Both the position numbers and the translations under genes were made by a program. A DNA stretch of 63,010 bases from a virus (taxonomy: Duplodnaviria; Caudoviricetes), in the IMG/VR virus record IMGVR_UViG_3300025301_000010, positions 1 through 63,010 of that record; one strand, 5' to 3'. The notes beneath the pieces were generated by a model. The model saw only the letters and a program-made list of their open reading frames with translations. It made no database searches and was not told the DNA's origin. Position 1 is the stretch's first letter, and every line of letters begins with the position of its first letter. Of the stretch, positions 28,574 to 37,392 are shown piece after piece.

Positions 28574-29492
28574 GTGCATTACCGCAACCGATGTGGCAAA
28601 AATCTTAGGGCTGGCCCCGTGGGGATCACCCCACTCTGTTTGGCGCGATAAATTGGGCCGAGAGGAAGATGGTCCGCCCAGCCCAGCTATGCGTCTCGGC
28701 GTGGAAATGGAGCCGCGCATCGTGGACGATTACGTCAGCAGACATGACGGTGTCGAGTTGATCGATCCTGGCCGATACCAGCTGGTGACCCATCCCCAGC
28801 ACCCCTGGATCGCTTGTACCCCTGACCGTGTCTATGCCGATCGCTCCTGCGGTCTGGAGTGCAAATACGTCCTTGGCAGTCAACGCTACTGGTCCGAAGA
28901 GAAACCTGCCAACCACGCTTTTCTGCAGGCACACTGGTGTATGATTGCGATGCAAATCCCACGATGGGATATCGCCGCCTGGGTGGGCAACCGCTACTAT
29001 GAATATAACCTCGTCGCCAACGCAGAACTCCACAAAACCTTGGTTGACCAGTGTCAAGCCTATCTGGACCGCTACATCCTTGGCGATGAAGAGCCCGATC
29101 TTGACGGATCGCCGCAAACATCCGCCTATCTCTCAAACCTATTCGAGGACATCACGGAGGAAATGTTGGTCCCCCCCGAGGCGGTCACCGTCGATGCCCG
29201 TCGCTACCGCGATATCCTTGCGGAGGAACGAGATCTGAAAACCGAAAAAGAGCATCTCAAACAAGGATTTGCCAAAAAGATAGGGGACGCCACAGGATTT
29301 GAAAGTGAGGAATTCGTCCTGACGTATCGACGGACAAAGCCGTCTCAGAAGATCGACATACGCACATTTGTTGCCTCAGTAGAGGATGTCTTAGGGCAGG
29401 ACAAAACTGCAGATCTTGTCCAACGCCACACCACAGAAACCCCAGGAACACGTCGTATTGCACTCAAATTCAGGGAGGATATCAATGGCTAG
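28536..29492 (+). CDS. YqaJ/lambda-exonuclease-family recombinase exonuclease
   Basis: WL..RR..I.ATDVA.ILG..PW, G..ME, HP..PWI..TPDR and LECK motifs. Confidence 0.93.
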   Translation: MEQKETWLAQRRKCITATDVAKILGLAPWGSPHSVWRDKLGREEDGPPSPAMRLGVEMEPRIVDDYVSRHDGVELIDPGRYQLVTHPQHPWIACTPDRVYADRSCGLECKYVLGSQRYWSEEKPANHAFLQAHWCMIAMQIPRWDIAAWVGNRYYEYNLVANAELHKTLVDQCQAYLDRYILGDEEPDLDGSPQTSAYLSNLFEDITEEMLVPPEAVTVDARRYRDILAEERDLKTEKEHLKQGFAKKIGDATGFESEEFVLTYRRTKPSQKIDIRTFVASVEDVLGQDKTADLVQRHTTETPGTRRIALKFREDING

Positions 29493-30210
29493 TCTCAGCG
29501 AATTTTTACACGGCTTAGTTCCGACACTCGTGGAATCCATGGAGGACGGGAGCGAACAACAAGCTAAACGCCTCTGTCAGCAATTACTGGGCGCAGCCCG
29601 GAATAACCCCCGCATCGCGCAATGCGATGGGCGGTCTGTTGGGCAGGTCGCTGTCCAGCTTGCCACACTCGGGTTTGAACTGCGGGACGGAGAAGTCTAT
29701 TTGGTGCCGCGAGGAAAAACCCTCACCCTTGAGGTCGGCTACAAGGGCATGATTGGTGCCTTATACCGTGGAGCGGTCATCGAGTCGATTAACGCTGGCG
29801 TACGGCGGGAGGGAGACGAGTGGGACTGTGATCGCGGATCACAGGCATTCATTCGGCACAAACCTGCAATGGGCCCAGAGCGCGGCGAGATCACCGACTA
29901 TTACGCCCTCGCGATCTTGGAGGGCAGTGGGCGGACACTCTGGGAGTCGATGACCGTCGAGGAAATCGAGGAGATCCGAAATTTAGCGCCCGGCGGGAAG
30001 AGCACCGCTTGGCGGAACCATTTTGACGAGATGGCAAAAAAGACCGTCTTAAAACGACTAATGAAGGTCTTACCCCGGAAAAAAGGGAACGCACTCTTAG
30101 CAACTGTGGAAGAACATGATAACATGGCATATCGGGAACATTCCGGCGACCAGGCCGATGACATTATCAACCACATAGCAGAGGAGGGATCAAATGGCGA
30201 CCGAAATTGA
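29485..30210 (+). CDS. recT: RecT-family ssDNA annealing protein
   Basis: YLVP, GYKGMI and W..HFDEMAKKTVLKRL.K.LP; follows YqaJ; GGAGG RBS. Confidence 0.92.
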   Translation: MASLSEFLHGLVPTLVESMEDGSEQQAKRLCQQLLGAARNNPRIAQCDGRSVGQVAVQLATLGFELRDGEVYLVPRGKTLTLEVGYKGMIGALYRGAVIESINAGVRREGDEWDCDRGSQAFIRHKPAMGPERGEITDYYALAILEGSGRTLWESMTVEEIEEIRNLAPGGKSTAWRNHFDEMAKKTVLKRLMKVLPRKKGNALLATVEEHDNMAYREHSGDQADDIINHIAEEGSNGDRN

Positions 30211-30523
30211 TGTGTCCATCGATCCGGCACGGGTGCGTCCGTACAAGGGGAAAGAGGGCTCAAAACTTAAAGCATTTTGCAATGTCACCATCGGGCCGGT
30301 CACAATCAATAATTGTCGGATCGTTGATGGTATGCATGGACCATTTGTTGGCTTCCCGGAGGGGGAAGTCTACACCGATAAAAACGGCGATGAGAAGCGT
30401 CAGCGGTATATATGGATTGAGGATAAAGCCGTGATGGACGCCTGCAATGAAGAGGCGGAACGGGCATTAGAAGCTCTCGGTGATCATGGGACGGAAGCCC
30501 CATCCGATGACATCCCGTTCTGA
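30194..30523 (+). CDS. SpoVG-like nucleic-acid-binding protein with an SSB-type acidic tail
   Basis: LKAF.NV......I....IV.G..G.FV.FP; C-terminal DDIPF. Confidence 0.8.
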   Translation: MATEIDVSIDPARVRPYKGKEGSKLKAFCNVTIGPVTINNCRIVDGMHGPFVGFPEGEVYTDKNGDEKRQRYIWIEDKAVMDACNEEAERALEALGDHGTEAPSDDIPF

Positions 30524-30552
30524 CTGTAGGGGTCACAATGATTGCATCTCAC

Positions 30553-30681
30553 GGCACCCCGAGTACCCCTCTCGGATGCCTGGGGAGCGGACGACGGGGG
30601 TCGGTTTCATCTCCCCCGCCTCCTTGTCGTCCGCCATAACGGGACCAGAGGGCTTTACATCCTTTCGGCCCTCTGGCCCGT
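30553..30681 (+). ncRNA. Three tandem hairpins (structured leader or sRNA candidate)
   Basis: Stems 30553-30563/30571-30580, 30587-30600/30621-30634 and 30639-30653/30668-30681. Confidence 0.45.
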
Positions 30682-30729
30682 ACAACAACCTGATAGGAAG
30701 TTCATTTTGCACTGAGGAGTACCACGAGC

Positions 30730-31521
30730 ATGGCGCTACGATATAATTGGCACCGCATATCCCACGAGTTTAACCGCGATCCTGAAATCCGATCTCTCCG
30801 TGAGCAGTACCACGACTGGATGGCGCTGGTCTGGATCGAAATGCTCTCCCAGGCTGACCGGCACGAAGGTGTCATCAAAGGCACCTACGACGAGATCGCG
30901 CTACAATTGGCGTACATTTCCAACTCAAAGCGGCCCAGTACAGCAGTGAAATGTATCCGAAATGCGCTGGATTTCATGGAGGAACGTCAATGGATTACAC
31001 GACAAAGTGGGTCTGTTCTCGTAGTTAAGTACCCGGAATATCATACAAACCAAATAGCCAAAAAACAAAAACGGCGGCGACAACAAGACAAGACTATACA
31101 AGACAAGACTATACACCAAGAGAAAACCAACAAAGAAAGTGTGGTGGGCGCGGGAGAAACATCAATTGCGGCTTATCCCGAACGATTCATCCCCGTATGG
31201 GAGGCATACCCTATCGGCAAGCGGGTGCGGATGGGTGATGCCGAACGGGCGTGGAATAAGATTCAGGGGTGGAATCATACGGTGCCAATCCTATCCGGAA
31301 TCGCACGGTGGCTGGCTTCGCCTAACTGGACGGCGGATGACGGGCAGTACATCCCCCGCATCGCCGACTTCTTATTGTGTAAAATCTACCTGGATACGCC
31401 CCAACCGCCCATGACCGAACATATCGTGGACGAGATAGACGACGATCTCGATATTGAGGATGAGATGACCGACGTGGCTAAAGTGGGTGAGGTGGGTGGA
31501 GCGTGCCATGGAGACGTATAG
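30730..31521 (+). CDS. Replication initiator / replisome organizer
   Basis: N-terminal wHTH-like region, low-complexity linker, F...W.AYP..K...A..AW and YIP...FL C-domain; upstream of DnaB. Confidence 0.8.
   Translation: MALRYNWHRISHEFNRDPEIRSLREQYHDWMALVWIEMLSQADRHEGVIKGTYDEIALQLAYISNSKRPSTAVKCIRNALDFMEERQWITRQSGSVLVVKYPEYHTNQIAKKQKRRRQQDKTIQDKTIHQEKTNKESVVGAGETSIAAYPERFIPVWEAYPIGKRVRMGDAERAWNKIQGWNHTVPILSGIARWLASPNWTADDGQYIPRIADFLLCKIYLDTPQPPMTEHIVDEIDDDLDIEDEMTDVAKVGEVGGACHGDV
31084..31113 (+). repeat. 15-bp tandem repeat, possible origin iteron
   Basis: CAAGACAAGACTATA x2 in an A-rich stretch inside the initiator gene. Confidence 0.55.
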
Positions 31522-32815
31522 CCACGAAGCTGCCCTCCTCTCGTGCATCCTGATGGACAACACGGTCCTGGATGCGTGCCGCACGCAAGTCGAACCCGAT
31601 GATTTCGGCTATCTACCGCATCGTAAAATATGGGAGTCGATGTGTCAGTTAGGCGACCAACGCGATGCTATCGATCTGGTGACCGTCGAGCATGGGCTCC
31701 GCACGGCACGAGAGTTAGACAGCATTGGCGGGGTCACCTATCTACTCACCGTACAGGAGGCCGTCCCGAGTGCGGCTAATTACGGGGATTACCTCAAGCT
31801 CACACTGGAAGACGCGAAGCGCAGAGCGGCAGATCGTCAGGCGCAGAAAGTGCTGGAAGTCGCAGATGGAGATCGAAAACTCGATGCGCTGGGGGCGATT
31901 GAGGACATTGTCCGAGACCGGGCGACTATCGGCCGTCCAACCTACTGGACGCTGGAACAGTCGATTCGTGAGACGTTAGAGAAAGTCGATGCGCTTGATG
32001 GCCATACCGGAGAGCTGACCGGACTCCCGTCCGGACTGATTGATCTGGATCGCATTACCTGCGGATTTCAGGATTCCGAGCTCGTTGTGATTGCTGCGCG
32101 ACCAGGGCTCGGGAAGACATCACTCGCCTTACAAATCGCGATACGGACCGCACGCGAGACGGGGAAACGGGTCGCCTTTTTCTCCTTGGAAATGGCACGG
32201 GCAGCGATTACACAACGCATCCTCTGCAGTGATGCCCGTATTGACTCGAACGTGGTTCGGGCTGGGCGCATGAATGCGGAAGAGCGTAATCGTCTAGCAG
32301 AATCCGCCCTGCGGAATTCACCGCTCCCCGTGGTCATTGAAGACCGGAGTGATCTCACCCTCGACAATATCCGCGCCATGGCGCGATCACTGACACGAGA
32401 AAAAGAGGTGTCGTTAATCGTGATCGACTACCTCCAACTGATGCGCGGTCAGCGGCGAGATGGGCGGCAACAAGAAATTGCAGAGATTTCGCGTGGTCTG
32501 AAGGGCCTCGCAAAAGAACTCGATATTCCCATTGTCGCTCTCGCGCAGTTGAACCGCCAGAGCGAATTGCGGACAGATAAACGGCCGGTATTGGCGGATC
32601 TACGTGAGTCTGGCCAGATCGAGCAGGATGCGGATCTCGTGATTTTTTTATATCGCGATGAGATGGTCAATCCTGACAGTCTGGACACTGGTATCGCAGA
32701 GTTGATCGTTGCCAAACATCGCAACGGCCCAACCGGATCAGTCAAAGTCCGATTCACTCCGGTGTGGACACGATTTGATAATCTCGCCGCCGTAGAGGAG
32801 ATGGACTATGCCTAA
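31508..32815 (+). CDS. dnaB: Replicative DNA helicase
   Basis: AARPGLGKT, FSLEM, IDYLQLM, LAQLNR, DLRESGQIEQDAD and KHRNGPTG. Confidence 0.97.
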   Translation: METYSHEAALLSCILMDNTVLDACRTQVEPDDFGYLPHRKIWESMCQLGDQRDAIDLVTVEHGLRTARELDSIGGVTYLLTVQEAVPSAANYGDYLKLTLEDAKRRAADRQAQKVLEVADGDRKLDALGAIEDIVRDRATIGRPTYWTLEQSIRETLEKVDALDGHTGELTGLPSGLIDLDRITCGFQDSELVVIAARPGLGKTSLALQIAIRTARETGKRVAFFSLEMARAAITQRILCSDARIDSNVVRAGRMNAEERNRLAESALRNSPLPVVIEDRSDLTLDNIRAMARSLTREKEVSLIVIDYLQLMRGQRRDGRQQEIAEISRGLKGLAKELDIPIVALAQLNRQSELRTDKRPVLADLRESGQIEQDADLVIFLYRDEMVNPDSLDTGIAELIVAKHRNGPTGSVKVRFTPVWTRFDNLAAVEEMDYA

Positions 32816-33269
32816 TGAGGACGGTCACTTGCGTCTCAAGCCTATCACGCTGAGAGAAGCTAGTGCTTACGTTAAGGCTTATCACCGACACCATAAACCC
32901 TCTATCGGACATAAATTCTCTATTGGAGTGGTGGATGGAACTTCTTTGGAGGGTGTAATTACCGTAGGTCGTCCCGTAGCCCGTAATCTAGACAATGGCT
33001 GGACAGCAGAAGCTACCCGCTGCTGTACTAATGGACGGCGCAACGCCGCCTCTATGTTGTATGGTGCAGCGCGTCGTGCCGCTAAGGCGATGGGCTATAG
33101 ACTTATTATCACCTACACGCTGGCGTCAGAGCCAGGCACCTCGCTGAAAGCAGCGGGATGGCAATCAACGCCCCTGAAAATGAGAGGGGAATGGGATTGC
33201 CCTAGTCGCCCTCGACAGATTGGATTGTTTCCGGCTGAATCTAAGATCAGATGGGAAAGTATACTATGA
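32808..33269 (+). CDS. XF1762-family (GNAT-like) protein
   Basis: HRHHKP..GHKFS, GRPVAR.LD.G.T.E..R.CT and ITYTL.SE.G.SL.A.GW. Confidence 0.85.
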   Translation: MPNEDGHLRLKPITLREASAYVKAYHRHHKPSIGHKFSIGVVDGTSLEGVITVGRPVARNLDNGWTAEATRCCTNGRRNAASMLYGAARRAAKAMGYRLIITYTLASEPGTSLKAAGWQSTPLKMRGEWDCPSRPRQIGLFPAESKIRWESIL

Positions 33270-33469
33270 ATAGTAACCGCGCTGAGACACTCAACGAATT
33301 CCGCCGTGTGGCGTGCAAAAATGACCACCACCCCACGTTCGTCGCTGCACGGGAGGATGGGTATTGCCGCGACTGTCATATGTATAGGGTGGAAACAGAG
33401 AACCGAGGGTGGCGATTCCTGTTTACCCTGTTCAGTGGGATGACGATCGCCTATCTCATATTCGCGTAA
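33266..33469 (+). CDS. Small membrane protein
   Basis: C..CH motif plus C-terminal TM; ATGA coupling. Confidence 0.5.
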   Translation: MNSNRAETLNEFRRVACKNDHHPTFVAAREDGYCRDCHMYRVETENRGWRFLFTLFSGMTIAYLIFA

Positions 33470-33478
33470 GGAGAGATT

Positions 33479-33967
33479 ATGAAAGTCCAAAAAACAAACG
33501 CACGGGTGCAGGGGATTTCCGATGAAATTCGGTGCGTGTATCCGCATATTACAAAAGGCTTCTCGAAATTGGAACGAGGGACTATCCTCCGCGCCTACTA
33601 TCGGCCGCTCCTGGAAGTATCGACGGACTACTGGGACGCTATTATGGAGGAATTCCACCGCCTCTCCCGGTATGTGCGACCCGCGAACATGTATGAGGCC
33701 ATTGAAACCATTGTAGGCGCAGAGTATCCCGAACCCCGTCCGAGTCTCCAGCGCACGCAACATACGGCATTCGAGGAGCTGCAAATCCATGAAGGTCAAG
33801 ATCGCAGATGGGAACAAAGGCGACGGCAGTGGGTCAGGGACAAAATATCACGCGACAAAAATCAGAAACTGGGAACGAGTAAGACGCCCGTGCCCAGCGT
33901 GCAACCAGGCGATGTATCTAATGGACACGCCACAGCACAAATCCTGGAGATGCGACCCGTGTCGTAG
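33479..33967 (+). CDS. Hypothetical protein (possible helicase loader/inhibitor-like)
   Basis: AAGGAG RBS; helical; located in the replication cluster. Confidence 0.5.
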   Translation: MKVQKTNARVQGISDEIRCVYPHITKGFSKLERGTILRAYYRPLLEVSTDYWDAIMEEFHRLSRYVRPANMYEAIETIVGAEYPEPRPSLQRTQHTAFEELQIHEGQDRRWEQRRRQWVRDKISRDKNQKLGTSKTPVPSVQPGDVSNGHATAQILEMRPVS

Positions 33968-33995
33968 TCTGTATATCGGCTGGTCTATTGAATGA
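33789..33995 (+). CDS. Zn-ribbon protein overlapping the upstream ORF
   Basis: CPAC...CDPC; GAGGAG RBS; ATGA-coupled to rusA. Confidence 0.5.
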   Translation: MKVKIADGNKGDGSGSGTKYHATKIRNWERVRRPCPACNQAMYLMDTPQHKSWRCDPCRSLYIGWSIE

Positions 33996-34423
33996 GCCAA
34001 GCGGCATCTCCAAAGGATCAGCAGTTTTTTATCCCCGGCGTTTTTCCGTCAGAAAACCAATGGCTGGGCTGGGCGAAGAAACATTGGTCCGTCTACAAAA
34101 AGGAACATGACGCCCATAAAGGACGGGTGATGGCTGCGCTAATAGAGGCACGGATTATCGCGCCCCCAGCGTATCCTGTTATACTGATATTCCGGTGGAT
34201 AGAAAAACACGGAAGACGGGATTTGGATAACGTCGCCGCCGGAGGTCGCAAGATTATCATTGATGGGTTGGTGGATAGAGGTGTGATGCCGGATGATACA
34301 AGGCGGTACGTATGCGGATTTACAGACGAGTTCCCGACCCCTGACAAAGAAAAGTCAGGGGTCTGGGTCACGATACGTGCGGCGGAAATCACCACTGTTG
34401 GGCCTCACGGCATGGCCGACTAA
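33992..34423 (+). CDS. rusA: RusA-like Holliday junction resolvase
   Basis: PS.N and RRDLDN....K..IDGL...G..PDD. Confidence 0.85.
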   Translation: MSQAASPKDQQFFIPGVFPSENQWLGWAKKHWSVYKKEHDAHKGRVMAALIEARIIAPPAYPVILIFRWIEKHGRRDLDNVAAGGRKIIIDGLVDRGVMPDDTRRYVCGFTDEFPTPDKEKSGVWVTIRAAEITTVGPHGMAD

Positions 34424-34793
34424 AGCGTGGCAAGGCCGAGGACCATCCATCGACGTACTCGACATTGCCGGAGTTGCCCCTCTCCAAGCCACGTCGCCGG
34501 AACAACATCTTTGGCAAGCCGTTCTCGCGGAAGCATTGCGTTGCGTGCTGATGGGTGCCTATGTGAGAGATCGTGTCTCACAAGACCGTCCCGCTGGCCG
34601 AATGCGGTTACGGGACGAAGCGATTGCCTGGGTCAATTCAGACGAAGAGGGGTTCCCCTCAGTCTGTGAGTTTGCGGGAGTAGAGCCCTCCTATATCCGG
34701 AAGTTATTCCAGGGATTCCTTCAGCCTAGCACTCGCCAGAATCGAACAGCCCGAAACATTCTCACCCGTGTGCGGCGGAGGTCATGGGGGTAG
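34293..34793 (+). CDS. Hypothetical protein, same family as 23362 (copy 2)
   Basis: PEQHLWQAVLAEALR...EAIAWVNSD...FPSVCEFAGVEPSYIRK; start uncertain. Confidence 0.65.
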   Translation: MIQGGTYADLQTSSRPLTKKSQGSGSRYVRRKSPLLGLTAWPTKAWQGRGPSIDVLDIAGVAPLQATSPEQHLWQAVLAEALRCVLMGAYVRDRVSQDRPAGRMRLRDEAIAWVNSDEEGFPSVCEFAGVEPSYIRKLFQGFLQPSTRQNRTARNILTRVRRRSWG

Positions 34794-35146
34794 CTGTGGC
34801 CCCGAGCTTTATTGACCCTGCTGTCGAGGATGCCTCCCGCCCATCTTCGCCTGCCTGGCAGGACATGGGCGAATATCGTCTAGTGCAGCGTCTGATGTAC
34901 GACGCTTTTTTCCTCCGTTACCGACTCATCCAATGTCATTACGACGGAGGGCGAAAAACAAAAACACAGCACCGGGTTGACCGACAGTGGGTGCGTTCAG
35001 AGAGCCGCGCTGCGTTTTCGTTTTGTTGGTGCTGTGAGGTCTTGGGCCTTTCTCCCGGCTATACTCGGACTGCGTATTGGGCGGCAGAGCCCGTCGTCCC
35101 GCTCAACCACTCAGCAATGCTCCCCGATGTCAAAGGGTCATATTAA
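34784..35146 (+). CDS. Hypothetical protein, same family (copy 3)
   Basis: EYRLVQRLMYDAF...RQWVRSE...FSFCWCCEVLGLSPGYTR. Confidence 0.65.
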   Translation: MGVAVAPSFIDPAVEDASRPSSPAWQDMGEYRLVQRLMYDAFFLRYRLIQCHYDGGRKTKTQHRVDRQWVRSESRAAFSFCWCCEVLGLSPGYTRTAYWAAEPVVPLNHSAMLPDVKGSY

Positions 35147-35217
35147 TTCAATTATCGTATTAATTTGAATAGTCCGTAAAAACAGGGACTTAAAAGAGGT
35201 GCTCGAGGCGATTGTTA

Positions 35218-35457
35218 TTAGTGTACGGTGTGGGAGAAATCACGGAACTCGATACCTGCGATAAAATGGAATATGCTATGACAGTACGTACACCGCAGCA
35301 CCATCACGTCTCGCGGACCGACAGTCGAGACCAGATTCTCGCACTCCCCCATACCATCGATCAGGAAGGTACAATCGAATTCTTGCAAATGGGCTTTGCA
35401 TGTCAGGCAGGACAATGGTCCCCGGATGATATGGACGGCGCACTCTTCGTCAACCAT
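35218..35457 (-). CDS. Small Zn-ribbon protein, last gene of the module B strand
   Basis: CLTC...CTYC; follows the phosphoesterase on the minus strand. Confidence 0.5.
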   Translation of the reverse strand: MVDEECAVHIIRGPLSCLTCKAHLQEFDCTFLIDGMGECENLVSTVGPRDVMVLRCTYCHSIFHFIAGIEFRDFSHTVH

Positions 35458-35483
35458 ATGTTTGTATCATTACGACTCCGCAC

Positions 35484-36305
35484 CTAGAGGGTGACCACGT
35501 CGATTTTGTTCTTTTTCCGTACTGCCCGATAGACCTTCCCGTACACGTGCGTCCGCATGCGCGAAGCCGCTTCCTTGATATAGAGAAGCTGCTCGACGCG
35601 AAAATATCCCCCTTCAGAGAAATCAATCAGGCTAAATCCGTTTTGCCATTTACTGTACCCAATCCACCGCGACGTATTGCGGACATCATGGATTGCGGGG
35701 ATCTGTTCTAACGTCGCATTCACAAAACTGCCCAGGATCGACTGACTGTGAGAAAATTCCTGATGATAGTACGAATCAAAGCGGTGGTGATGACCACACA
35801 TCGAATTGCCGCTCCGATGCATAAAATTCATTTTTGCCACATGGGCCGCTCGTGTGTTGATTTCATGCCCGTGGAAAAACCACATCTTTTTGACACGCAT
35901 GGGTGTCTGTCGCACATGGAGGATATCCGTCGCGTCAAATTGAAACAGATGATTCATGGTGAGAATGTTGAGATCCTCTTCCTGTAGCGCGGCCAGTTCT
36001 GGCGTGCGTTGCCAGATGTGATATTCCAGTCGCTCTTCGTGATTGCCGTTAAAATAGGTGATGGGAATATCACCCACAGTGTTCCGCAGGGCGCGGAGTT
36101 CTTTGCGGGAGTGTCGGATCTGATCCCCTAACGCGAGTTTCTCATGCGGGGCGGCTTTGAAAATAGAAAGTGGTCCCAGGTCAATAACATCCCCGCCCAG
36201 GATGACATGATCGATGGGCAGATCTTTCAGGATCGCTTTTGTAAGTGCCCAGGCGTAGGGGCATTCGTGATCAAAATGGATATCTGATAAAAATGCGAGG
36301 AGCAT
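35484..36305 (-). CDS. Calcineurin-like metallophosphoesterase
   Basis: SDIH, GGDVID, GNHE, HGH and GHHHR; GGGGGAG RBS before ATG 36305. Confidence 0.92.
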   Translation of the reverse strand: MLLAFLSDIHFDHECPYAWALTKAILKDLPIDHVILGGDVIDLGPLSIFKAAPHEKLALGDQIRHSRKELRALRNTVGDIPITYFNGNHEERLEYHIWQRTPELAALQEEDLNILTMNHLFQFDATDILHVRQTPMRVKKMWFFHGHEINTRAAHVAKMNFMHRSGNSMCGHHHRFDSYYHQEFSHSQSILGSFVNATLEQIPAIHDVRNTSRWIGYSKWQNGFSLIDFSEGGYFRVEQLLYIKEAASRMRTHVYGKVYRAVRKKNKIDVVTL

Positions 36306-36333
36306 AACTCCCCCCTTCCGACTCCCCTTTCGG

Positions 36334-36657
36334 CTACACCACGCGGCGGTCTTTGATAGAGACCTTCGGGATGGTGACATCGCCCCCAGCAGCGTCGTCC
36401 GTCACGGACGAGACTAGGGTGATAAAATCATTGGTTTCGTTGACGAGAAACCCGACGGTATGGACAATGGCGGGTTCTAAATCCGCAATGTCTTGCGGAG
36501 AACTCCACGGGCTTGTGAGGGAGGCGGAATCGATCCACTGGACATAGTGGACTTCACACATGTCTTCATTGACTTCTTCACTGATTTCTTCGTCATCCGA
36601 CGATTCCTCCTGGCCCTCATTGTTCGCTGCTAGTATCAGGTCCGCTAGTTTCGTCAT
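36334..36657 (-). CDS. Conserved small phage protein (Sm/SH3-like pattern)
   Basis: V.W.DS....W, TVGFL......ITL and IP...I. Confidence 0.65.
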   Translation of the reverse strand: MTKLADLILAANNEGQEESSDDEEISEEVNEDMCEVHYVQWIDSASLTSPWSSPQDIADLEPAIVHTVGFLVNETNDFITLVSSVTDDAAGGDVTIPKVSIKDRRVV

Positions 36658-36883
36658 GTTCAGCCTCCGCGAGATGCTGCAATATCGGCATCAGTCTGGC
36701 GGCTTGCTGCGCCACCCGGTCAGCAAAGATCTTTTGCTTTTTGGATGACTTTTCTCCGTCCATGATGATTGTCAAAATAATAGCGGCGGCGTGGTGACGC
36801 TCCGCTTCGGCGAGTGAATCGAATACATGCCCGTCCGGTGCGCGGTACTGGTGCGTTACCGCATCGGATATCACTCGTAACAT
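36617..36883 (-). CDS. Hypothetical protein
   Basis: GGGGAG RBS; Y.A.DG..FDS..EA..H motif. Confidence 0.55.
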   Translation of the reverse strand: MLRVISDAVTHQYRAPDGHVFDSLAEAERHHAAAIILTIIMDGEKSSKKQKIFADRVAQQAARLMPILQHLAEAEHDETSGPDTSSEQ

Positions 36884-36895
36884 ATTGTACTCCCC

Positions 36896-37300
36896 CTAAT
36901 AGCTGCTCAGTGTCGCGTGGTCCCACACCGCCTGGAATGCCTGTCCCGATGATGGCGTGAAGGTCACAATCAGCCGATAGACTCGTCCGGCTGTTGGGAC
37001 GATTGATCCTACCGCATCGTATCGAAAATTGTATCCAGTGGTATCGGCTATCCATCGTGCGTCCGTCTGGAGCGTATCAAAGACCACGCTGGCTACCGTC
37101 ATCGAGCCGGTGGTGGTGGCTGTCTGCGGGGCGTTACTGGTGCGGTCATAGACGGCATACGTAATGCTAGAGGTTGCACTCTGTGTGATGGCGGCACCGT
37201 CGTGTCCTACGATCCGTGCGAGAATAGTAAATCCCCGTCCGGCATACCCGGTTGAATCGCTTTCCGTGGGGCCTGGTGTTGTATCAATTGTGAGTGTCAT
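36896..37300 (-). CDS. Beta-sandwich virion accessory protein (BppU N-domain-like)
   Basis: Thr-rich beta pattern with G.VYRL.V.F; start at ATG 37300 by ATGA coupling. Confidence 0.55.
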   Translation of the reverse strand: MTLTIDTTPGPTESDSTGYAGRGFTILARIVGHDGAAITQSATSSITYAVYDRTSNAPQTATTTGSMTVASVVFDTLQTDARWIADTTGYNFRYDAVGSIVPTAGRVYRLIVTFTPSSGQAFQAVWDHATLSSY

Positions 37301-37392
37301 GTGAGCACCTGTGTTGCGATGACTCCCGCTGTATGGACCTGTGTTTTCTTCGCGCCAGCGATGTGTACTTGGATTGCGTGTACGTGTGTCAT
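37297..37392 (-). CDS. 31-aa micro-ORF
   Basis: MTHVHAIQVHIAGAKKTQVHTAGVIATQVLT; ATGA overlaps at both ends. Confidence 0.65.
   Translation of the reverse strand: MTHVHAIQVHIAGAKKTQVHTAGVIATQVLT

Noticed and set aside
21152-35483. Integrase, att sites or transposon scars at the module boundaries
   Set aside because: No tyrosine or serine recombinase or transposase motifs, and no flanking direct repeats found by eye.
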